This document shows, piece by piece, positions 18,111 to 28,210 of a stretch of DNA of 48,226 bases (positions are counted from its first letter, which is position 1; every line of letters starts with the position of its first letter). A program made the translations under genes and the position numbers. Origin of the DNA: Alphaproteobacteria bacterium UBA3864 (GTDB taxonomy: Bacteria > Pseudomonadota > Alphaproteobacteria > CAAGCB01 > CAG-977); the NCBI GenBank assembly GCA_002393065.1, contig DGGW01000052.1, positions 1 through 48,226 of the forward strand. The letters run 5' to 3'. The notes under the pieces were generated by a model. That model had not been told where the DNA came from, did no database searches, and saw nothing but the letters and a program-made list of their open reading frames with translations.

Positions 18111-19993
18111 CGGAAACGTCATCCCGTTTGTTGGATAAAATCGCGTCTCCCGCGGATCTGCGAAAGCTCTCCGTTTCCGAACTGCCCGATCTTGCCGCCG
18201 AAATCAGGAAGGAAATCATCCGCGTCGTGTCGAAAACGGGAGGCCATCTGGGATCGAGCCTCGGCGTCGTCGAGCTGACGATCGCTCTGCATTATGTTTT
18301 CAACACGCCGGACGACCGGCTGATCTGGGACGTCGGTCATCAGGCGTATGCGCACAAGTTGCTGACGGGACGGCGCGAGAAATTCGAGCGTTTGCGGTGT
18401 GAAGGCGGCTTGTCCGGTTTCCCGAAGCGGTCCGAAAGCCCGTTCGACGCGTTCGGCGCGGGGCACAGTTCGACGTCCGTTTCCGCCGCGGTCGGCATGG
18501 CGGCGGCGCGCGACATCCTCGGACGGAAAAACAACGTCGTCGCGGTCATCGGCGACGGGTCGATGAGCGCCGGCATGGCGTTCGAGGCGCTGAACAACGC
18601 CGGCGACAAAAACACGCGCATGGTCGTCGTCCTGAACGACAACGACATGTCGATCGCGCCGCCGGTCGGGGCGTTGAGCCACCACTTGTCGCAGATCATT
18701 TCCTCCAAGCAATACATGACGTTGCGTCAGGCGGCGATCGATATGGCGGAAAAACTGCCGCAATTCGTTAAAACGGCGGCTTTGAGGGTCGGACAGCACG
18801 CCAAAGGGCTGATCACCGGCGGCACGATGTTCGAGGAACTCGGCCTGTATTACGTCGGTCCGATCGACGGTCACAATTTCGAACAGCTCATTCCGATTCT
18901 GACGAACGTCCGCGACGCGCCGGAGGATTATCCGATCGTCGTCCACGTTCTGACGCAGAAAGGGCACGGCTATACGCCCGCCGAAAAACAGCCGTCGAAG
19001 TTCCACGGCGTTTCCGCGTTCGATATCGACACGGGCGAAATGCTGCCCAAAAAGAACAGCAAGCCGTCTTACACCGGCGTTTTTTCCGATATGATCTGCG
19101 ATTTGGCGGCGCAGGACCCGAAAGTCGCGGCGATCACGGCGGCGATGCCGTCCGGCACGGGACTTGACGTGTTCGCGGAACGGTTCCCGAACCGCTTTTT
19201 CGACGTCGGCATTGCGGAACAGCACGCGGTCACGTTCGCGGCGGGATTGGCGTGCGAAGGGATAAAACCTTATGTCGCGCTGTATTCCAGCTTTTTACAA
19301 CGTGCTTACGACCAGATTTTGCATGATGTCGCTCTGCAGAGTTTGCCCGTCCGTTTCGCGATCGACCGCGCGGGGTTCGTCGGCGAAGACGGCGCGACGC
19401 ACAACGGCGTTTTCGATTTGGCGATGTTGTGCCCGATGCCGAACATGGTGGTCATGGCGCCGTCGGATCAGGCGGAATTGCGCTCGATGCTGCTGACGAT
19501 GAACGGCATCAACGACCGCCCGTCCGCCGTTCGTTATCCGCGCGGTTCCGGTCCGTTGAGCGACTTGCCCGACGTCGTCGAACCGCTTGAAATCGGCAAA
19601 GGACGAATCGTGCGCGAAGGCAACCGCGTCGCGCTGTTGAGTATCGGAACGCGCCTGAAAGCCTGCCTTGACGCGGCGGACATCCTGTCGCTGAACGGCG
19701 TGTCGGCGACGGTGGCGGACGCCCGTTTCGCCAAGCCTTTCGACGAAAATCTGCTGCTTGAGCTGATCGAGGGGCATCAATCCATCTCCGTTGTCGAGGA
19801 AGGCGTCGAGGGCGGATTCGGCGCGCTGATCCTGACGTGGCTGGCAAATCACGGATTGCTGGAAAAAACGAAAATCCGCTTTATTACCGTTCCTGACCGG
19901 TTCATTGAACAGGCGTCCGCGGAACGTCAGGCGGAAATCGCGCGGATCGACGCGCGTTCCATCGCGCAAAAAGTGCTGGAAACGGTGCGCTGA
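18107..19993 (+). CDS. dxs: 1-deoxy-D-xylulose-5-phosphate synthase
   Basis: GGHLGSSLG, WDVGHQAY, GHSSTS, IGDGS, DVGIAEQHAVT, FLQRAYDQ, RYPRG. Confidence 0.98.
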   Translation: MTETSSRLLDKIASPADLRKLSVSELPDLAAEIRKEIIRVVSKTGGHLGSSLGVVELTIALHYVFNTPDDRLIWDVGHQAYAHKLLTGRREKFERLRCEGGLSGFPKRSESPFDAFGAGHSSTSVSAAVGMAAARDILGRKNNVVAVIGDGSMSAGMAFEALNNAGDKNTRMVVVLNDNDMSIAPPVGALSHHLSQIISSKQYMTLRQAAIDMAEKLPQFVKTAALRVGQHAKGLITGGTMFEELGLYYVGPIDGHNFEQLIPILTNVRDAPEDYPIVVHVLTQKGHGYTPAEKQPSKFHGVSAFDIDTGEMLPKKNSKPSYTGVFSDMICDLAAQDPKVAAITAAMPSGTGLDVFAERFPNRFFDVGIAEQHAVTFAAGLACEGIKPYVALYSSFLQRAYDQILHDVALQSLPVRFAIDRAGFVGEDGATHNGVFDLAMLCPMPNMVVMAPSDQAELRSMLLTMNGINDRPSAVRYPRGSGPLSDLPDVVEPLEIGKGRIVREGNRVALLSIGTRLKACLDAADILSLNGVSATVADARFAKPFDENLLLELIEGHQSISVVEEGVEGGFGALILTWLANHGLLEKTKIRFITVPDRFIEQASAERQAEIARIDARSIAQKVLETVR

Positions 19994-19995
19994 CA

Positions 19996-20745
19996 ATGAA
20001 AAAGAAAATTCGGGCGGACGAAATGGTCGTTCTGCAAGGGCTGGCGCAAACGCGCGCCGAAGCCGCCGCGATGATCATGGCGGCGCAAATTTGCGCGGGT
20101 GACCGGCGAATCGACAAAGCCGGCGACCTTTTGCCGTCCGACACCGTTTTGCGCATGAAGGGAAAAACGTTCCCGTGGGTGTCGCGCGGCGGGCTGAAGC
20201 TTGAAAAAGGGCTGAACGAATCGGGGGCGGATCCGACGGGTGTTGTTTGTCTGGACGTCGGATGTTCGACGGGCGGTTTTACGGACGTTTTGCTGTCGCG
20301 CGGCGCCGCGAAGGTTTACGCCGTCGATGTCGGCTACGGGCAACTGGCGCATAAATTGCGAATCGACCCGCGAGTCGCCGTCCTTGAGCGCACGAACGCC
20401 AAAAATTTAACGGCGGAGCAAATCCCCGAACCGGTCGGCATGATCGTTTGCGACGCCAGCTTTATCGGGCTGAAAACCGTTCTTGAAACGCCGCTAAAGT
20501 TCGCCGATCCGCGGGGCGCTTGGCTGATCGCGCTGATCAAGCCGCAATTTGAAGTCGAAAAATATCAGGTCGGCGAGGGCGGAATCGTCCGCGACCCCGC
20601 GCTTCACGCCGAAATTTGCGCCGGTATGAAGGCGTGGCTGGCTTCCTTAAGCGGATGGACGGTCGAAAAAATCGTCGAAAGTCCGATAAAAGGGGCTGAC
20701 GGGAATACGGAATTTTTACTAATCGGGCGATACAATCGGCAATAA
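19996..20745 (+). CDS. tlyA: TlyA family rRNA methyltransferase
   Basis: S4-like N-terminus, VSRGGLKL, LDVGCSTGGFTD, DVGYGQL, LIKPQFE, GNTEFL. Confidence 0.94.
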   Translation: MKKKIRADEMVVLQGLAQTRAEAAAMIMAAQICAGDRRIDKAGDLLPSDTVLRMKGKTFPWVSRGGLKLEKGLNESGADPTGVVCLDVGCSTGGFTDVLLSRGAAKVYAVDVGYGQLAHKLRIDPRVAVLERTNAKNLTAEQIPEPVGMIVCDASFIGLKTVLETPLKFADPRGAWLIALIKPQFEVEKYQVGEGGIVRDPALHAEICAGMKAWLASLSGWTVEKIVESPIKGADGNTEFLLIGRYNRQ

Positions 20746-20798
20746 TATCCCTTTTTTCCGATTCGTTCGGGGAAAAGTTGCCAAGAAAGGTGTGCCCG

Positions 20799-23700
20799 AT
20801 GTCGCTTTTGAAAAAAGCTTTTTTACTGTCGACGGCGTTGACCGTCGTTTGTCCCGCTTTCGCCTCGGTTATTCAGATTGCGGATACCCGGACCATAGCG
20901 GCGGGAGAGGACAGTGTTTATCAGGACGTCAGCGGGGGCATCGTCGTCCGTGCGCCGGCAAATCTGACGTTTACGGGCGGCGTGATCTGGGATTACACAT
21001 CGTACAGCACGGCTGTGCCTGCAGATTTATCTCCAACGAATATTTATAATCCGGCGACGGACGCGGACAATTATTGGATAGGGCGCACGGCGATTTCCGG
21101 AAACGTGGTTATTGAAAACGGAAATTTTTACGATTCGGCGTCGGGCGGAATAAAATTTTATAAAGGCCATGACGTTACGAGCAAAAGCATAACGACCTAT
21201 GATGAAGAAATGAACCCGACGACAAGAGTCTATGCCGTTGATTCAAGCGGAAATTTTTCCATTAACGGCGGGAATTTTTATTTTGCGCACAGAACGGATA
21301 ATCAATTTCTGTTGAAAGCAAATGCCGACAGCAATTCGCTTTTTTATCTGAACAACGGGACGTTTGATTTTCAGACGGGGACGAAAGCGTCGTTCGGCAC
21401 CGTGCCGGCAAATCAGATGGAAGTTCACGGCGGCACTTATATCTTCCATAACGGCGGCGAAATGGTTTGGACGGCGGCTGACATTCTTTTCCAGGATGAC
21501 GCCCGCTATACGGCTTCGAACTTTTCGGGACGGGGCACTTTAACGACATCTTCGTCTTTCGGTTCGCCGCAGGAGTACGGCGGAAGCGCGACGACGCACA
21601 TCAATACGCCGATTTTGTGGCGGGAAGGAACGCTTAATCTGTATCAGGGCGTTATGGAACTGAAACAGGACGTTACCATCGGCAGTTTCACGTTCGGAGC
21701 GGCGTATGCGACGCTGAATGTCAATGATAAACGGGCCTTGACGGTCGAAAACGATTTCGTTATGCAGGCCACGTCGTATTTGATCGGCGACGGAACGTTG
21801 CGATTGGTCGACGGCGCGGATGCGGATTTCAATCAGTTGAAATTCGGCGAAATCATTTCCCTTGGAAACGGAACGGGCACTTTGACGTTCAGAGGGGATT
21901 CGGAAGTCAAAAAAATAACGTTGGACAACGCCACTTTGAACGTCAGCGCCAACCTCAGCGTTGACGATTTGACATTGCGAAACGGTACGACGGCTAATCT
22001 GGACGGTAATTTAGCCGTCGGAACGTTGACCGTCGGCGACAGCGAAATCGCTTATGTGCGGGAGGAAGCTTCCTTACAATTCAACAAAACGGCGACCTTG
22101 TACAATACGACGCAGATATCGGTGAGCAACACCGTCGACAACGGCAATATCGTTATCAATCCGGCGTCGCAATCGCAACAGTCCGGCGGAGCCGGCGCCG
22201 ATGAAACCTCGGCGGTCAGCCTGAATTTCGAAGACGAAGAAAATTCCGACCGGCGTTTTGAAAACAACAAGATATCCGTTAAAGGGCAACCGAACGGTGT
22301 TGTCAATTTCAACCAATCGAGAGGCGCTGCGCTCAACAATATGACGCTGTTGTACGCGACGGCCAATTTCAATAAGGGATCGTCGAGTTTTTCGACCGTC
22401 GTGCTGGGCAACATCGACAATTCCAAACCCGGTTTGATAACGGTTGCGGAAGGGGCGAGCCTGACGATCGACACGCTGACGTCGCATTACGGATCGGAAT
22501 CGCGGATCAACGGAACGCTGGATATCGGAGCGGGCAGCGTGATCGACGGCGACAGAAGCAGTTATTCCGTCGTTTCGGGAACGGGAACGCTGGTCGCGTC
22601 CGGCAATGTGACGTTCAACGGTTTGTTTAAAGATTTCAATACGTTGAAAGTCAACGCCGACGCGGCGGATGTTACAATGACGGTGGCCGGTCTGACGGGA
22701 AAGGACAAGATTAAAAAAATTCAGTTTTCCGGTACGCACGAAGGCCGTTTGAACATCAACGCGGGGATGCTGACCATCAATTCGCTGATTTTCGACGAAG
22801 GATCGGACGGCGAGATTCTGATCGGCGACAACGGGACGCTGGCGCTGGATGCCGGAACGGGCGAAGCGACGGATATCATATCGGGAACGGGAACCATTTC
22901 CGGTCCGACGGGAACGCTCCGTTTGGTCGGGCAGACCGGAATAAACTTCGGCGGCGGAGGCGGCGGCATCGGAACGCTCGGGAAATTGGAAATCGGGACC
23001 GGAACGGCAAAAATTTCGAGCAATCTGACGATCGGATCGGTTTCTTTTTACACGAACGAAGGCGGGACGCTTGAAATCGAAAGCGGGACGACGCTGACGC
23101 TCGCGTCTTTGACGACGGGGTCGGGAAATACCGTTGCGGGCGCGGGAACGCTGAAACTGACATCGACGACGCCGTCGACGTTGGGCGGAACGACGAATTT
23201 GAGCACGCTCACTCTTCAGGAAACGGGGATGAGTGTGAATTTCACGGGCAACGCTTCCGTTGCCACGTTGAACACGGCCGCGGGCAACACTCTTGACATT
23301 GCGGCGGGCAAGAAACTTTCTCTGACGGACGCGGGAACGAGGGTGACCGTTCAGGGCAACGGCACGATGGCGGTTTTGCATAGCGCAAATCTTTCCGCGA
23401 ACGATATCAACGGGCTTGAAATCGCCGGAACGGCGACGGTTACCGGAACGGTGAAAAACATGACCGTTACCGGAACGGCGACCGTCGATACCGAATTGAA
23501 TGTCAGCCAGAGCCTTACAATGCAAGAGGGCGGCGTCGTAAACGGACCGCTCGTTCGTCTGACGGGGGGAACGGCAACCTTCGCCGCCAATTCGCTGGGA
23601 GCGGCTTCCTTTGTCGCCGCGGCGGGGACGACGACGGCTTTTACGGGTGACAACGCGCCGACGTTGCTGACTTTCACCGATACGACATCCATGGTTTCGA

Positions 23701-26045
23701 TCGGCACGGGCGCGACCCTGACCGTCAATCAGGATCTGTTGAGCGGCACGATCAGCGGCGCGGGGACGCTGAAACTGAATAAAAGCGGCATGAACGTCGC
23801 TTCGCCGATGGCTAACCTGAATACGGTTACGGTTCAGGAATCCGCGGTTTTGAACGGCACTTTGCGCAATATCGGCACGTTGAACGCGCTTTCGCCCGTC
23901 CGGTTGAACGCGGACGCCGTCGTCGGCACGTTGAACGCGAATGCGGAGATGACCGTTCAGCAAACGCTGACCGTATCGAACTCGGCCGCGTTTGCCGACA
24001 ATACTTTGACGGGTATCGGCACGCTCGTTCTGAACGGTTCCGCAACGTTCGGCGAAAACGATTTTTCCGAAGGCAGCGTGCAAGCGGCGGGATTCACCGT
24101 TAACGACGGGGCGACTTTCCAGTTGGGGACGCTCGTTCTGACGGGGGACGGCGCCGTCAGCGGCGGAACGTTGGCGCTTGTCGGTCAGAATACGGGGATC
24201 GCCAGAAAGTTTTCGGTCGATAAATTGAACGTTGCGGGCAAGGTTTCCTTTAACGCGGGGGAATCCGTCGTCAAAGCCCTGTCGGGCAACGGTACCGTGG
24301 TCATCGGTTCCGGCGCGACGGTCCAAGCGGCCGGAACGTCGACTGTGGCGGTGGAATCGCGGGGAAATCTGGTGCTGCGGGATAATCTGACCATCGGTTC
24401 GGGGACTTTTGAAAACGGTTCCAAAATCGATATGCGGGCGTTGACGCTGACGGCGGATACGCTGACGTTCAATCGCGGTTCCGAAGTATCCTTTACTACA
24501 AAAGGCATGACGCCGTTGTTGTCCGTCGGATCGACTTTGACGGCCGACGGGGTCAAGCTTGTTCCGAAGATCGCTTACAGTCAGGATTCGACCACGTTTA
24601 AACTGTCCGATAAAATGTGGACGGCGGGTTCGAGTTTTTCGTTTGAAAACAATCTTTATCAATTGACGGAAACGAATTGCGACGGCGGATTGTGCTTCGT
24701 CGTCAACAAAAAGGACGGCGCCGCGGCGGGAATCGCGGGCGGCGGAGGCGGAACGCAAAACAACAGCCGGACGGCGGGCGCTTTGCTGGACGGAGCCGTT
24801 TTCGGAGAACAGGACAAGATGTACAACGTGGCTTCCAGAATTTCCGATCTGGCGCAGAAAAGCAATCCGAAGGCTTACCATGACGCTTTGACGGCGTTGG
24901 CGCCGGACGTTTCCGGAGCCGTGACGAACGCGTCTTCTCAAACGCAGACCAAGCTGACCCAAGTTGTGTTCAACCGTATGGATACGTTGCGTGATTCTTT
25001 CGGCAAGTACGCGACTTTCCGCGCACGCGGCCGGTCGGGCGGTTCGGGATACGATTCGCGGTTGATGCGGGCTTCCGATTATTACAGACGCGCGGGGTAT
25101 TATGACGACAACGACCGTCCCGTTCGTCCCAATCCTTCGCGTTACCGTTCTCCGACGCAGGAACAGCGGGATTACTATTATCGCACCCGTTCCGGCGAAG
25201 CGTCCGAAAGCCGGTCTCAAACGACGTCCTGGCAACGCCGTTACGATAAGAAGCGCATTCCCGTTTACGTCGGCGCGTGGGCGCAAGCTCTCTATAACAA
25301 AACGAGCTATAAATCCGCGTCCAAACAGGACGGTTTTGAAGGCGACACGACGGGATACGCCGCCGGTTTCGACGCCGTGTTCCTTGACGTTTTCGCGGCG
25401 GGCATCGGGTATTCCCATTCGTCGTCCGACATCAAAGCGCTGGGTCGCGACACGACTTATAACGCCGACACCTTCTTCCTGTACGGAATGTATAAGCCGT
25501 CGCAGTGGTATGTTTCCGGTATCCTGAATTACGGGACGGGTTCGTTCGAGGAAATCAAGAACGTCGGCGGAATCAATGTCAACGACAGTTATGATTCTTC
25601 GATGTTCGGCGGGCAAGTCATGGTCGGGTATGCGTTTGAAAAATGGCGCCCCGCGTTCGGGATCCGGTACGCGTCGATTTCGCAGGACGGACGCACCGAT
25701 TCGGTCGGACAGGTCATCGGATCATCGTCGAACAAAGTGGTCACCGCCGTTGCCGAAACGCGCTGGAGCAAGCCGTTGCAAAGTTTTGGCGAACCGATGT
25801 TCGAACTGTACGGGGCTTTGAGCTATGACATTTCCAATTCGGCGGACGAGGCGACGGTTCAATTGTCGAACGGGGCGACCTATACGGTCAAAGGTTCCGA
25901 TCCGGATCCGTTCGGCGCGCAGGTCGGCGCGGAATTGAACTGGACGTTCAAGGAAAAGATGGAGCTGTCGACCCGCTACGAACTGGAAGTCAAGCCCGAT
26001 TATTTCTCGCATACGGTCATGGCGACGTTCCGCTATATGTTCTGA
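20799..26045 (+). CDS. Large autotransporter (type Va) adhesin-like protein
   Basis: ATG 20799 after AAAGG; signal MSLLKKAFLLSTALTVVCPAFA; long G/T/N-rich beta-helical passenger (repeated SGxGTLxL); C-terminal beta-barrel starting at AWAQALYN and ending in YMF. Confidence 0.9.
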   Translation: MSLLKKAFLLSTALTVVCPAFASVIQIADTRTIAAGEDSVYQDVSGGIVVRAPANLTFTGGVIWDYTSYSTAVPADLSPTNIYNPATDADNYWIGRTAISGNVVIENGNFYDSASGGIKFYKGHDVTSKSITTYDEEMNPTTRVYAVDSSGNFSINGGNFYFAHRTDNQFLLKANADSNSLFYLNNGTFDFQTGTKASFGTVPANQMEVHGGTYIFHNGGEMVWTAADILFQDDARYTASNFSGRGTLTTSSSFGSPQEYGGSATTHINTPILWREGTLNLYQGVMELKQDVTIGSFTFGAAYATLNVNDKRALTVENDFVMQATSYLIGDGTLRLVDGADADFNQLKFGEIISLGNGTGTLTFRGDSEVKKITLDNATLNVSANLSVDDLTLRNGTTANLDGNLAVGTLTVGDSEIAYVREEASLQFNKTATLYNTTQISVSNTVDNGNIVINPASQSQQSGGAGADETSAVSLNFEDEENSDRRFENNKISVKGQPNGVVNFNQSRGAALNNMTLLYATANFNKGSSSFSTVVLGNIDNSKPGLITVAEGASLTIDTLTSHYGSESRINGTLDIGAGSVIDGDRSSYSVVSGTGTLVASGNVTFNGLFKDFNTLKVNADAADVTMTVAGLTGKDKIKKIQFSGTHEGRLNINAGMLTINSLIFDEGSDGEILIGDNGTLALDAGTGEATDIISGTGTISGPTGTLRLVGQTGINFGGGGGGIGTLGKLEIGTGTAKISSNLTIGSVSFYTNEGGTLEIESGTTLTLASLTTGSGNTVAGAGTLKLTSTTPSTLGGTTNLSTLTLQETGMSVNFTGNASVATLNTAAGNTLDIAAGKKLSLTDAGTRVTVQGNGTMAVLHSANLSANDINGLEIAGTATVTGTVKNMTVTGTATVDTELNVSQSLTMQEGGVVNGPLVRLTGGTATFAANSLGAASFVAAAGTTTAFTGDNAPTLLTFTDTTSMVSIGTGATLTVNQDLLSGTISGAGTLKLNKSGMNVASPMANLNTVTVQESAVLNGTLRNIGTLNALSPVRLNADAVVGTLNANAEMTVQQTLTVSNSAAFADNTLTGIGTLVLNGSATFGENDFSEGSVQAAGFTVNDGATFQLGTLVLTGDGAVSGGTLALVGQNTGIARKFSVDKLNVAGKVSFNAGESVVKALSGNGTVVIGSGATVQAAGTSTVAVESRGNLVLRDNLTIGSGTFENGSKIDMRALTLTADTLTFNRGSEVSFTTKGMTPLLSVGSTLTADGVKLVPKIAYSQDSTTFKLSDKMWTAGSSFSFENNLYQLTETNCDGGLCFVVNKKDGAAAGIAGGGGGTQNNSRTAGALLDGAVFGEQDKMYNVASRISDLAQKSNPKAYHDALTALAPDVSGAVTNASSQTQTKLTQVVFNRMDTLRDSFGKYATFRARGRSGGSGYDSRLMRASDYYRRAGYYDDNDRPVRPNPSRYRSPTQEQRDYYYRTRSGEASESRSQTTSWQRRYDKKRIPVYVGAWAQALYNKTSYKSASKQDGFEGDTTGYAAGFDAVFLDVFAAGIGYSHSSSDIKALGRDTTYNADTFFLYGMYKPSQWYVSGILNYGTGSFEEIKNVGGINVNDSYDSSMFGGQVMVGYAFEKWRPAFGIRYASISQDGRTDSVGQVIGSSSNKVVTAVAETRWSKPLQSFGEPMFELYGALSYDISNSADEATVQLSNGATYTVKGSDPDPFGAQVGAELNWTFKEKMELSTRYELEVKPDYFSHTVMATFRYMF

Positions 26046-26068
26046 CCGTTTTGATCGGTTGATTTTAT

Positions 26069-26108
26069 GAAAGGCCCCTTTTAGTTTCGACAACGGAAGG
26101 GGCTTTTC
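26069..26108 (+). terminator. Probable intrinsic terminator hairpin after the autotransporter
   Basis: GAAAGGCCCCTT...AAGGGGCTTTTC inverted repeat. Confidence 0.55.
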
Positions 26109-26109
26109 A

Positions 26110-26787
26110 ATGCGGAAGTATCTGTCCGTTTTCAATCCGTGCTGTTTGATTTCGTTGCTCGTGTCGTTCTTTTTCGCGCGCGGCACGATATCCATCGGCA
26201 CGATGTACGCTTTCCTGCCCGTGATGAACGGTATCGTGTCTGCGGCGGCGGCGGGGATGGTGTACTGGATCATCGAACGGAAAAGGTCCGCTTCGTCCCG
26301 CCGGGGCAGGCAAGCGGTGCTGACGGGGGCTTTGGCGGGCGTTTTATGGATCTACGCACTTGAATATCCGCAGGTGTCCGTTTTCTTTTTCTGTCTGGTC
26401 GTCGTTGCGGCTTATTCGGACGCGCGCGCTTTCTTTAAAAAAGGGTGGTCTTTCCTTGCGCCGGACAAGAGCCTGACGCCCGCGAACGCGCTGGAACTGT
26501 TCGGCTTTATGGTGTCGCTGATGACGTCGTTCATCATGCTGAATCTGACGCTTCAGAACATTTACGCTTTTTTCGGAAGGAAAGCCTTTAATTTTTCGGA
26601 AGGTGTCGATTCGATTTCCGACGCGTTGTATTTCACGTTTACGTTTATGACGACGGTCGGATTCGGCGACATCGTGCCGTTGAACGTCGTCGCCAAAGTC
26701 GTCGTTGCCGCCGAATGCGCCGTCAGCTATTTGTGCCTGGCGATGTTGATCGGCGTCGTCAACCGCGGAATCCGTCCGCCGCCGTAA
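26110..26787 (+). CDS. Potassium channel family membrane protein (Ion_trans_2 pore at C-terminus)
   Basis: Several TM segments; DALYFTFTFMTTVGFGDIVP selectivity-filter motif. Confidence 0.85.
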   Translation: MRKYLSVFNPCCLISLLVSFFFARGTISIGTMYAFLPVMNGIVSAAAAGMVYWIIERKRSASSRRGRQAVLTGALAGVLWIYALEYPQVSVFFFCLVVVAAYSDARAFFKKGWSFLAPDKSLTPANALELFGFMVSLMTSFIMLNLTLQNIYAFFGRKAFNFSEGVDSISDALYFTFTFMTTVGFGDIVPLNVVAKVVVAAECAVSYLCLAMLIGVVNRGIRPPP

Positions 26788-26795
26788 AAGCGAAA

Positions 26796-26851
26796 AATAT
26801 ATTGCATTTTTAATAGATATTGTTTAGCATAGATATAGTTTTCAATATATT
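26796..26851 (+). promoter_or_regulatory. sigma70-like promoter with candidate operator repeats
   Basis: TTGCAT(26802-07)-17 bp-TAGCAT(26825-30); inverted repeat AATATATTG(26796-804)/CAATATATT(26843-51); direct repeat ATAGATAT at 26813 and 26829. Confidence 0.55.
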
Positions 26852-26864
26852 ATGGAGAAAAATA

Positions 26865-27488
26865 ATGAAAAAAATCGAAAGCGTGCAAGAATTCGTTGAA
26901 AAGATGGATTCCGCCAAGAAGCTGAATCCGAAGGATTTATCCTCGGACCAGGATCTGACGATAGCGATCATGAATTTGATTTCGATAGAAGAGCATTTGA
27001 TTTTTTCCGGCGCGAAAACGGGCAAAAGCAATTTTTACGATCTGATCGCCGAAGTGCGTGAAATGCGCAAAAACCTGATGCTGAAAATCATTCCGTCGTA
27101 CGAAGGCGAAGTGTGGTGCATATCGAAGCACCTGTTGGCGTCGGCGATGCGCCTGATGGAAGTCGGAACGAAACAGCAAAGCATGAAGAACACGCAGGAA
27201 GCCTATAAGCTGTTCAATCAGGCGTACGATCTGTACTGCCTGTTTTGGGGGCTTAACATGAACCTGATTAACGCGGGCGAACTGAAATGGATCGAGGATA
27301 AGCCCGAGGACGTCAAAGCGTTGTCCGCGAAGATCGAAAAGAATGCGCCCGCCGCTTCTTCCGTCAAAGAAAAGCAGGATGCCGTCGCCGAAACGCCGGC
27401 GGAACAGGCAGACGCTCCCGTCCCCGATACGACGGTCGGTAAATTGAAAGCTTTTGTCCGCAAAGCCGTCAACTGCTGCATCGAATAA
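26865..27488 (+). CDS. Hypothetical helical protein with C-terminal CC motif
   Basis: ATG 26865 after GGAGA. Conserved-looking core (IAIMNLISIEEH, EVWCISKHLL), Ala/Pro linker, ends VNCCIE. Confidence 0.8.
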   Translation: MKKIESVQEFVEKMDSAKKLNPKDLSSDQDLTIAIMNLISIEEHLIFSGAKTGKSNFYDLIAEVREMRKNLMLKIIPSYEGEVWCISKHLLASAMRLMEVGTKQQSMKNTQEAYKLFNQAYDLYCLFWGLNMNLINAGELKWIEDKPEDVKALSAKIEKNAPAASSVKEKQDAVAETPAEQADAPVPDTTVGKLKAFVRKAVNCCIE

Positions 27489-27515
27489 GGCTTTCCCCGT
27501 TAAAAAGGAAAAGCC

Positions 27516-28160
27516 ATGACGGAACAACTGCCGCCGGAAATCATGCAAAAAGCGGTGAAAGGCCTTTCTTACATCGCGCATCCGTTGCGTTTGCGGATAT
27601 TGGAATATCTGGACGTCAGCGGTCGCTCGTCCGTGTCGCAGATCGCGAAGGCCGTTGACGAAGATCAGGTCATCGTGTCCCAGAGTTTGCGAAAAATGCG
27701 CGACGCCCGACTGGTCCGGACGGAGCGGAAAGGCATCTTCGTTTATTACGGGATTTGCGAAGAATATCCCGCCAGCCTGTTCGTTTGCATGCGCAAGCTG
27801 TACGGCGTGATGACCGACAGTTTCGAATACTGTCTGGACGGGTGCAAAAAGATCCTGCCGCGGGACTATACGACGCTGGCGGCGGGACGCATCAAGCTGT
27901 TCGCCCACTACGACAAAATGCGGATTCTGGAATATCTGACCCTGTTCGGGGAAAGCAACGTCGGCGACATCGCGGCGGGCGTCGGGCTGGAACCGCTGAA
28001 GGTGTCGCAATTCCTGAAAAAGATGAAGGAAGACGAATTTGTCGCCTGCCGTCGCGACGGACGTTTCGTTTTTTACGCCGTCCTGAAAGGCATACCGAAA
28101 ACGGCCGTGCTGTGCATCCGTAAACGATACGATTCCCTGACCGACAAATCGTTGTTTTAA
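27516..28160 (+). CDS. Tandem (double) ArsR/SmtB-family winged-HTH regulator
   Basis: Two ArsR repeats: AHPLRLRILEYL...VSQSLRKMRDARLVRTERKGIFVYY and AHYDKMRILEYL...VSQFLKKMKEDEFVACRRDGRFVFY. Confidence 0.88.
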   Translation: MTEQLPPEIMQKAVKGLSYIAHPLRLRILEYLDVSGRSSVSQIAKAVDEDQVIVSQSLRKMRDARLVRTERKGIFVYYGICEEYPASLFVCMRKLYGVMTDSFEYCLDGCKKILPRDYTTLAAGRIKLFAHYDKMRILEYLTLFGESNVGDIAAGVGLEPLKVSQFLKKMKEDEFVACRRDGRFVFYAVLKGIPKTAVLCIRKRYDSLTDKSLF

Positions 28161-28168
28161 GCAAAGCA

Positions 28169-28206
28169 AAACCCCCGCCTGAAAAAGCGGGGGTTTCGTT
28201 TTTTTT
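28169..28206. terminator. Intrinsic terminator between the convergent ArsR and fadL genes
   Basis: AAACCCCCGC-loop-GCGGGGGTTT followed by a T-run. Confidence 0.85.
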
Positions 28207-28210
28207 AATA

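Noticed and set aside
19996-20745. tlyA as a hemolysin virulence gene
   Set aside because: Standard dxs-tlyA housekeeping context; rRNA methyltransferase is the parsimonious call.
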